The notes under the pieces are model-generated. The model did no database searches, was not told the origin of the DNA, and saw only the letters and a program-made list of their open reading frames with translations. The translations under genes were made by a program, and so were the position numbers. From an uncultured Pseudomonadota bacterium (GTDB taxonomy: Bacteria > Pseudomonadota > Alphaproteobacteria > Rs-D84), in contig CALABO010000014.1 in the NCBI GenBank assembly GCA_937885575.1, positions 84,726-148,725 of the forward strand: 64,000 nt of DNA, written 5' to 3'. How positions within the stretch are numbered: the first letter of the stretch is position 1; every line of letters starts with the position of its first letter. This document shows positions 35,338-43,800 of the stretch, one piece after another.

Positions 35338-36882
35338 ATGAATACGATTATGCGCAGGGCCCTTTTGGGGTGTTCGTTGGGTGCATTGGTGGTTGGATAT
35401 GCGGGTGCCGCGGGGACATATTACACCGGGAACTATCGGTCGCCACAGCAAAATTATGCCAAAACATCGTATGCCGCACGTCAGCAACAGCAGCAAACAA
35501 GTTACGCCCAAGATACGATGTACACACGGACGCGAACCGTTTCGCCGAACAGTAATGCCTATATCAGTGCACCATATCAAGATTACACGCGTGTGGTTGG
35601 CACCGGTGACCAGCAGGTGACGAATCAAACAAAAATTGTGGATAATAAAAACAAGGTCGAAAAAGGTTTTTTTATGAACCTGGGGCTGGCGCATGAATTT
35701 GCAAATTGGAACTTTGATATGCAGAGCGCCGGCAGTAAGTTGCACTATGACAATATTCGATGGAACGTGATAGAAGGCGATATGAAATATGTGTTCGGTG
35801 GCGATAAAACACCGTTGCAGATAGAGGCCGGCGCAAAGTATGGTATGCAATTTGGTGATTCCACCATGGTCGATGATGATATTACAAGTGGTGGATATTT
35901 TATTACCGAATGGTGGAAAGATAATGATGGTAATGGAACGGCGGATGAATTGCTTGGGCAACAGATGGGGCATTCGCTGTCCATCGGGTCCAGCAGCAGT
36001 GGCAACATGCTCGGTCTTTATGCCGGGTTCGGGTTGCCGGATACATTTCGGATTGGTGTTGCGCGCGTGACGCCGTCAATTGGGTACCGGTATTTGAAAT
36101 ATAAATTGGAAACCAAGGATGACTATGGATTGACGGTTGATACCGGGTATTGCACGAATGTGAACGGTGGTGACGAAGTGCAATGCGATCCAATTGTTAT
36201 TATCAAATATAACAATACGCAACAGGTTTTATGGAATCCAGAGGTTGATCAATACGGTTTTTGGACAATTGCAAATGGGGCGACGGGTGTAAGTACCGGT
36301 GGAACATATATGTTCCATTTGCCAAGTGTAAGTCATTCGTATGAAACAACATGGATGGGGCCATATTTGGCGCTTGATTTGGATTATGATGTAAATGTTT
36401 ATAATAAATTTAATGCGCGTTTTGAATTGGGATTGCCGATGTATACTTCGACCGGGGACCAACCGTATCGTATTGATTGGCAGCATCCAAAAAGTGTCGA
36501 AGACAAGGGCGGATTTGGTGATGCGTGGCATATTGGATTGGGCGCGAATTATATGACGGCGTTGACCGAAAGTGTGTTTTTCTCGCTTGGGTTCACATTT
36601 GATTACTACACTATGTCCGGGGGCGAGGCGAATACGTACCTAAACAGTGGGTATTATGCGGATATTTATAATGATTTGTACACTTATTATGCGGGGCTAT
36701 CGGTAAATGCGGGCAAGACCCAGGCGGAAATACAGCAATATATGTTGGACAACGATGCGACCGTTCAAAACATTGCACAGATAGAGGCAGAATGTCCGGG
36801 TTGGGTTTGCAAGGTTGACAATGAAATCGAATCGATTTATAAATCTATGGGAATCCATGTTGGAATTCAGGCAAAGTTTTAG
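35338..36882 (+). CDS. large outer-membrane beta-barrel protein of unknown family (514 aa)
   Basis: Signal peptide MNTIMRRALLGCSLGALVVGYAGAAG. Q/Y-rich N-terminal region. Amphipathic beta-strand pattern. C-terminal HVGIQAKF (terminal Phe). Confidence 0.7.
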   Translation: MNTIMRRALLGCSLGALVVGYAGAAGTYYTGNYRSPQQNYAKTSYAARQQQQQTSYAQDTMYTRTRTVSPNSNAYISAPYQDYTRVVGTGDQQVTNQTKIVDNKNKVEKGFFMNLGLAHEFANWNFDMQSAGSKLHYDNIRWNVIEGDMKYVFGGDKTPLQIEAGAKYGMQFGDSTMVDDDITSGGYFITEWWKDNDGNGTADELLGQQMGHSLSIGSSSSGNMLGLYAGFGLPDTFRIGVARVTPSIGYRYLKYKLETKDDYGLTVDTGYCTNVNGGDEVQCDPIVIIKYNNTQQVLWNPEVDQYGFWTIANGATGVSTGGTYMFHLPSVSHSYETTWMGPYLALDLDYDVNVYNKFNARFELGLPMYTSTGDQPYRIDWQHPKSVEDKGGFGDAWHIGLGANYMTALTESVFFSLGFTFDYYTMSGGEANTYLNSGYYADIYNDLYTYYAGLSVNAGKTQAEIQQYMLDNDATVQNIAQIEAECPGWVCKVDNEIESIYKSMGIHVGIQAKF

Positions 36883-36906
36883 GGCATTTATAAAGGTATG
36901 ACAAGT

Positions 36907-37515
36907 ATGAAAAAATTTTTATTGATTGCGGTTTTATACTTTACACCGGTGGTTGCGATGGCGGCGGGGCTTTCTGGCACGGCGCATGTGAATATGACAA
37001 GTGACACTGCCGCAACGGCGAAAAAAATGGCGTTTGATGATGCGCGGCGGCAAATTATTGTTGATGTATTGTCGCCTTATTCCGATGCGGCGGCGTTACG
37101 CACGGCGGTCGCAAACGAAAAAAACGCAGTGCTGACTACGCTTATTGAAAGTTCGGGAATTTCGGGCGAAAAACTTTCGGACACGACGTATTCGGCGAAT
37201 ATAAAGATGACCGTGAATCGGGTTGCTGCAAAAAATTGGCTTGCCGGACAAGACGTTCGTAATTGGCTTTCAACCGAAGAAGAAACGGGCGGAAAATTCA
37301 CAATTGTCGCGACATTAAATGATAAATTCGCGGACTGGGGGCAAATTCAGCGCGTGGCAAATGGTGCGGGTGTCGATTTGGAAACTGAATCTATAAACGG
37401 GAAGCAAATCGTCTTTCGGGCAAATGCCGGTCGGCGCGGGGCGCTAACGGCGGCGCTGCGTGAAAATGGTTGGCGGTACCAAGATAGGGATGGACTTTTA
37501 CATATCTTTAAGTAA
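36907..37515 (+). CDS. secreted or periplasmic protein of unknown function (about 202 aa)
   Basis: Signal peptide MKKFLLIAVLYFTPVVAMAA. No recognised motif. It sits between two beta-barrel genes. Confidence 0.6.
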   Translation: MKKFLLIAVLYFTPVVAMAAGLSGTAHVNMTSDTAATAKKMAFDDARRQIIVDVLSPYSDAAALRTAVANEKNAVLTTLIESSGISGEKLSDTTYSANIKMTVNRVAAKNWLAGQDVRNWLSTEEETGGKFTIVATLNDKFADWGQIQRVANGAGVDLETESINGKQIVFRANAGRRGALTAALRENGWRYQDRDGLLHIFK

Positions 37516-37550
37516 TAATTTCGTCGGGAATAAAATCAAAGGATTTACTG

Positions 37551-38414
37551 ATGAAAAAAATTTCTGTGGCTTTGTGCGCGGCGGCTATGCCTTTTGCGGT
37601 GTTCGCGTCGGATGTTGATTTAGAAGGTAAAGAACTGATTTTGAACATTCGGCGAATCGGACTTGATTTGTCCAAGACCACGGTTCGGCATTCTGATGAA
37701 TATTATAATTCGCCGATTTCCGCACTAAGTGCCGATAGCCAAGAATTTATCAAGGGTGTGTTTGATACGGCGTTGGAATATACACATGGACGTTTGAATT
37801 GGGACAACAGTTTGTTTATGGAATACGGGCGGACGGAATTGCAACCGTATAATGAACCCAAAACCGTGAACGAAAGTGCGGATAAAATTTTATTGTCTTC
37901 TAATTTGAATTATGCGTGTTGGGATTTTGATTCGTTCAAACTTGGGCCAATGGCGCGGGCGGCGTATGAAACGGAATTTGTCCCGGCGAATGATACGGAC
38001 AATCGGTTAAAGGTTTTGCGTTCTATGGCGGGTTTTGCGGTGTTCGATTCGCCGATAATCAAAGATTTGCATATTGCGGGCGTGTATGAATATGACTTTA
38101 CATATGGGCATAGGCAAGTCAGCAAACTTGCCGCGGAAATTGGTTGGCGACTTGAATACGAATTGCGCGAAGGTGTGAAATTTGCGACCGATGGATATTA
38201 TCGTGAATACCTTGATTATTCGCAATATGTCGGAACGGATTTGGAACGCGATTTAAGTGTCGTTGCGCGTATGGATACGAACCTTTGGGGTGATTTCACA
38301 TTGGGACCATATTTGCAATACCGCCGTGCCAAGGCGCGCGATGCTGAAAGTTATGGCAGCAATTTTATCATCGGCCTGTCGTTTAATTATATAACCAAGT
38401 TTGGGTTGTATTAG
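37551..38414 (+). CDS. outer-membrane beta-barrel protein of unknown family (287 aa)
   Basis: Signal peptide MKKISVALCAAAMPFAVFA. Alternating strand pattern. C-terminal LSFNYITKFGLY. Confidence 0.65.
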   Translation: MKKISVALCAAAMPFAVFASDVDLEGKELILNIRRIGLDLSKTTVRHSDEYYNSPISALSADSQEFIKGVFDTALEYTHGRLNWDNSLFMEYGRTELQPYNEPKTVNESADKILLSSNLNYACWDFDSFKLGPMARAAYETEFVPANDTDNRLKVLRSMAGFAVFDSPIIKDLHIAGVYEYDFTYGHRQVSKLAAEIGWRLEYELREGVKFATDGYYREYLDYSQYVGTDLERDLSVVARMDTNLWGDFTLGPYLQYRRAKARDAESYGSNFIIGLSFNYITKFGLY

Positions 38415-38495
38415 TGGAAAGTGTAAGCGAAACCGGCGCATTATTGCGCCGGTTTTTTGTTAAATAATACCACTTTCCACTATTTCACCACGCTA
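38411..38495. repeat. TAGTG-unit inverted-repeat element between convergent genes
   Basis: Left arm TTAGTGGAAAGTGTAAG, a central terminator hairpin, then right arm CCACTTTCCACTATTTCACCACGCTA. The arms contain the stop codons of both flanking genes. Confidence 0.75.
38430..38458. terminator. bidirectional hairpin terminator
   Basis: 11-bp stem AAACCGGCGCA / TGCGCCGGTTT with loop TTAT, followed by a T-run. Confidence 0.7.
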
Positions 38496-40825
38496 AAACT
38501 CATCTCGCTTGTGGTGCCGGCGGGGTCGGTGACGCGCAATATGTGTTCGCCCATGGGGACGTTGTATTGTAATGTTTCGCCGCTTTTGGTTGAACCTAAG
38601 GTTTTGTCGTCCAAGAACCAGAATAACTTTGCATCCGCGTCCGCACCGAATGCCATAAATCCAATCGGCTCAAAATCGCGGTTTGCGGTTATTACAATTT
38701 TTGTGTCGGGAATTGGTGACACAATTATTGGCGCATCCCAATCTTCGTTTGTTTCCATGGCTTTGCATCCGGGCATAAGCGCCGGCACGGTCTTTCGCCG
38801 GATACCCGCGCGCCGAAACATATCGATATATTCCGAATCCCAAAATTCAAAGATTTCATTGTGTGTGGTTTTTTGGTCGGCACCACACGCGCGCAGGCCG
38901 GTTTTATTATCAATTGCAATCGAACGGTGCACGGTGTTTCGGGTAAGTGGTGATTTGCCAGGAATAAAATAAGACGCGACTTTTTTCGGGCAATATGGGC
39001 CGGCGATGTTGCCGCCGATTTCGCACATATCGACGGTTATTACGTTTAATTCGGGGCGCATAAAGTTGTTGTCCCTGATTGGTGTGCCGATTGATGCATA
39101 GTGGTTTGCAACCGTTTGGGCAAGTGCAAAATATATTGGTGCGGCGGCACGTGCGCCACTAAATTCATTGTTCGGGGTGCCGTCAAAATTGCCGACCCAC
39201 ACGACCAAAACAAAGTCGCCGAAAATTCCCGCCGTCCATGCGTCGCGATACGATGACGATGTGCCGGTTTTCCAATAGTGTTTTATCGGGCTTTGCGTGT
39301 TTTTTGCAAATGGAATTTTTTTCGTCGGTGCTGATTGGTGCCCCAACATGTCGATGGTTAGAAAAAATGCCTCGGGCGATAAAATTTGTGTGATGGTTTC
39401 GTCGGGTGCATCGGTGGTTGTGCGTATTGCGCGCCGCGTGCCAAGGTTCGCCATTGTTGCGTATATGTCCGCAAGTTCGAACATTGAAACCTCCGCCCCG
39501 CCAAGCGCAACGGATATGCCGTAATGTTCCGCCGGGCGCAGGTTTGCAACGCCGGAATCAGACAGAATTTTATGAAAATTTTTTGCACCGATTTTGCGGA
39601 CAAGGTTTATTGCCGGGATATTTCGCGAATGCGTCAATGCGTCGTGCGCAAGGATGGGACCGTAAAAATCGTTGTCTGAATTTTCCGGCGCATAAACGCC
39701 AAAGTTCACCCGCGCATCGCGCAGTAATGTCATGCCGTGTATCAATCCCATGTCGGTCGCGGTTGCGTAAATAAGGGGCTTTAGTGTGGAACCGGGGCTG
39801 CGCCGGGCGCGAACGCCATCGTTTTCACCGTATATTTCGCGGTCAAAATAATTTGCCGAACCAATATACGCAACGGTTTCCATTGTTTTATAATTCACCA
39901 AAATCGCCGCCGCATTTGTGACACCGTGCGACCGGCGTGTGGCGATTTCGCGCGCGATTGTTTTTTCCATTTTGGTTTGAAGATTTAAATCCAATGTTGT
40001 CGTGATTTCAGATTTCTTTATTTTTTGCGTGTTCAAAAAATCCGTAAAATGTGGCGCCAAAAAGGGCAGATCGCGCGGCGATTTTTTTTCAATTGGCATA
40101 TCGGCAAAGGTCAAAAGGTTTGTGTCGGTTGGATATTCGGCGACCCATCGTTCAATCAAATTTTTACGCATAGATTCAAGGTTTTTTATGCCGGTGGTTG
40201 TGTTTAATCCGCGCTTTACAGGGTTTTGCGGCACGGTCGCCAGTGTGATTGATTCTATTTTTGTTAAATCGCGCGCGGGTTTGCCAAAATATATTGTTGA
40301 TGCGGCGCCGATGCCTTCGATATTGCCACCGTACGGCGCAAGGTTCAGGTATGCTTCGATAATTTCATCTTTGGAATGAAACAGGTCTATGTAAATTGCC
40401 AATGCGATTTGTTGCATTTTGCCAAGAAAAGTTTTGCTGTTTATGTCGTATTTTAATCGTGCAACCTGCATGGTGATGGTTGATGCGCCAACTGGGTGCG
40501 GGGTGTTGGACGCGTATTGCTTTATCGCGCGAAAAAGTGAAATTGGATTTATGCCGATATGATTATAAAAATGTTTGTCTTCGTATAAAATAATCGCATC
40601 AACTATGTATGGGCTTATTTTCGAAAGCGGGGTGTAAACGCGATACTTGTCATCGGCGGCAAGTGTTAGGCGCAATAACTTTCCATCGCGATCGTAATAT
40701 GCGCGCGAAAAAGAAATGTCGTTCAAAATCGGTGCGGTAAAAAAGAACCTGATAATCGCCCATATGACAACAAGCGCGCCAATGATAATTCCGAAACGGA
40801 TGAAGATTTTTTTAATTCGCTTCAT
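38480..40825 (-). CDS. pbpC: penicillin-binding protein 1C (bifunctional glycosyltransferase/transpeptidase-like)
   Basis: GT51 motifs (ILYEDKHFYNHIGINP, GASTITMQ), transpeptidase SxxK (GSTLKP) and a PBP1C-type C-terminal beta domain. It lies immediately downstream of the alpha-2-macroglobulin gene. The start MKRIKK at 40825 overlaps that gene by 14 nt. Confidence 0.9.
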   Translation of the reverse strand: MKRIKKIFIRFGIIIGALVVIWAIIRFFFTAPILNDISFSRAYYDRDGKLLRLTLAADDKYRVYTPLSKISPYIVDAIILYEDKHFYNHIGINPISLFRAIKQYASNTPHPVGASTITMQVARLKYDINSKTFLGKMQQIALAIYIDLFHSKDEIIEAYLNLAPYGGNIEGIGAASTIYFGKPARDLTKIESITLATVPQNPVKRGLNTTTGIKNLESMRKNLIERWVAEYPTDTNLLTFADMPIEKKSPRDLPFLAPHFTDFLNTQKIKKSEITTTLDLNLQTKMEKTIAREIATRRSHGVTNAAAILVNYKTMETVAYIGSANYFDREIYGENDGVRARRSPGSTLKPLIYATATDMGLIHGMTLLRDARVNFGVYAPENSDNDFYGPILAHDALTHSRNIPAINLVRKIGAKNFHKILSDSGVANLRPAEHYGISVALGGAEVSMFELADIYATMANLGTRRAIRTTTDAPDETITQILSPEAFFLTIDMLGHQSAPTKKIPFAKNTQSPIKHYWKTGTSSSYRDAWTAGIFGDFVLVVWVGNFDGTPNNEFSGARAAAPIYFALAQTVANHYASIGTPIRDNNFMRPELNVITVDMCEIGGNIAGPYCPKKVASYFIPGKSPLTRNTVHRSIAIDNKTGLRACGADQKTTHNEIFEFWDSEYIDMFRRAGIRRKTVPALMPGCKAMETNEDWDAPIIVSPIPDTKIVITANRDFEPIGFMAFGADADAKLFWFLDDKTLGSTKSGETLQYNVPMGEHILRVTDPAGTTSEMSFSVVK

Positions 40826-43800
40826 TTGATACGGTGAATTTGTCCCCATCGCCAACGGCGCGAATGGCCGAATTATACATCGCCGCCGCGGTTATGGGCG
40901 GAACCGTAAATTCGCCGGCGACCGATAGTTGCGCGCGATATGAAAACACCAGTGGTGTGCGACCAATGTTCGCGTATACCAGCACGCGGTCTTCGCGAAT
41001 TTCACTGAAATCCATATCGCCCGTAAGCGAGTCGGTTATCGGTGCAAATCCGCCCGGTAATAAATCCGATATCACCGCGTTCTGGACATAGTCCGTGTCG
41101 CCACGCGCACGCACCGATATTTTTACATCGACAATATCACCGATTTTTCCAGAATGAATTTCGTTGCCGTCCGCGTCATAGTATTTGCGTGTGACTTCCA
41201 ATCCGTGGGATGTGTTTGACACGGATTTCGGAAAACCTTGTTGCAACATTGTATAGAAAAGCGGTTCTTTACAATTCTTGCAACCGATATTCAATTTTGT
41301 TAAATCGCGTGGCAAGTTTGCATATACTGCGCCCGATTCAAATTGCGGTTTAACCTGTTTTCCGTCGGCAAGTATGGATATACTATCGACATCGCCAAGG
41401 GTCAGGTTTTCGCTTGCGCCGGATTCGGACATAACAATCGCCGCCGCGACAAAAGAATCATAATTCCCGGCGTTTATGTATTCCGCGATACTTTGTTCCA
41501 AATCGTTCTTTGCCGTATCAAAATAACGCCGCATGATAAATGTATAATTTGCATCGTTTGCCACAACGTTATCGAATATGTTATCAATGTGCTTTGGTGA
41601 CGGCTTATTTGGTTGATATTTTGAAATCAGATTAAACGCCTTGTCCGTTTGTTTAAGCATTTTGTAAGACGCGGCAATATATGCACCGATTGGACCGGTT
41701 TCCCAATCCTTTATCATTTCGTTTGTGTATTCTTCGAGTGAGTCAATATAACTTGTCGTCACATAATCGTTTAACGAAAGGACGTATATTGCGAACGCCT
41801 TGGCAAATGCGTCGGTCTTGGTCGTTGTGTTTTGCGCCGCGTATTCGCGCAGGAAATCAATCCCGCGTGCAAACATCGATTGGGGCACAGTAAAACCACC
41901 TTGGCGTGCAAGGGTTAAAAAGTTCATAACATACGCGGTGACATATGGTGTTGTGTCACTTTTCAAACTTTCAATATAATCGGAACCGTTGGCCCATAGT
42001 GTAAATGAACCATCATTATTTTGCCGATTGCCAAGGGTTTGAATTGTTTTCGCAATCTTTTCGGCAGAATCTTTGTATTCGGTGCCAAGCAATTTATTTT
42101 CCGGCATCAAAACGTATGGCAATGTTTTGGACACCATTTGTTCCGTGCATGTGTAATCGTAATTTTTAAGATACATAAACAGCGGACGAACAAGGACAGA
42201 CGGCGAACGGGAAATGTAAATTGTTCGCGCGAATTTTTCATCGTACATATCGTTTTCAAAATGCCGCAGTGTGGTGTTTGTGTCTTTTAATATTCCTGTT
42301 TTTATATCCGTTAAAAATGTTGTTGCGGGTCTTATTGATAAACTGCTTGAAGTGCGGCGCGATGCGATGGCGGTATTTTTGTCATCAAACAATGTTGTTG
42401 AAACATTTATGTCGCCGGTTCCAAGCGTGCCATTTGCCGTCACATCAAACGCCCAAAGTTTTTCCGTATTTTCTGGAACAGTCATAGTATTAGAATCATT
42501 TGCAATGGTTACCAATTTGTTTGCAGATATTGCGTCCGTGCGTGCGGTTGCATTTTCGCCGGATTCCGGGGTCAGGTTTGATATAATTGTGTTCACGGTG
42601 AATTTATCGTTTGGCGCAACAAATAACGGCGCGGATACCGATATAATAACCGGTGATTGAACGGTTGTAGATGTGTGTGCGGAACCAATTGCACCGTCTG
42701 ATGCCGCGACGGCATAAACACTGATTGAACCGTTAAAGTATTCTGGAATTTCGAAACTTATATTTTTCTTTTCGTTTGCGGTTGTTTTCAATATGCCCGA
42801 ATAAAATGCGATAGACGGCAAGTTCTTGCGTGCGAACGGATTGACCAGGGCCGATTTTTCGTTTGCGAAATCCGCAAGTACATCATCACTGCCGCCGGTT
42901 TTGGCGACTTCGCGTAAAATGTTATATTCGGGCAGCAACAATGATAATATTTGTGTGGTTTCCACTTGAAGTGCGGCCTTTTGAAAGAAGTGTTTGATTG
43001 GGTTCGGTAATTCATATCCCGCAACTTGCAAAATTCCAGTGTTTACCGCAAAAATCATCAAGTCAGAATCTTTGTTGGTTGAATATTCAATGTCTAATTT
43101 GCTGTCGCGAATAACGGGTTCAGTGTTTAATTCGACTTTTATTTTATGTTTGTCGATATTCGTTGAAAACGGTGCAACCCCATAGGTGTAAGGACTGGTA
43201 AAGACATCGCGGCTGTTGATGTTGCGGACAAAGGAAACATTGACATAACCCGTGCCTTCGAAATTGTCGGGCAGGGTGATTTTCTGGGTCGATGCGGTGG
43301 TGGTCGCATTAAACCACGTGTGCGCATAAACTTTGTCACGTTCGATTGTGATGAGGCCGGTTCCGGTATATGGTGCAACGATACCGATGTTTATCGTTTC
43401 GCCGGGTTTGTATTCATCTTTATCAAGTTTGATTTGCAATTCGGCATTTGCATCACCACCAAGTTCCGCATCTTCATCTGATGCAACAAAGTATTCAATG
43501 TTTGCCAAAATATTTTCATCGGTGTCCGTTATCTGAACATAATATGTTCCGCCATTTTTCGTGTTTAATTCAATTTCGGTTCCACTTTCAGGTATCGTCA
43601 ATTGTGTCACAGAAATGACAGTGTCGCGTGCAACGGTTTTATATTTGTAATTGTTCGAATAATCTTTGATAAGTGTTGTTAAATTTTCGCGTTTGACCAA
43701 CTTTATATTAAGGTTTTCGGCGTTTGTTGCCTTTGCATTGTTGTCCAGTGCAATAAGTTTGATTTTGTGTTCTGAATTGCGTGCAACATAGGATAAATCG

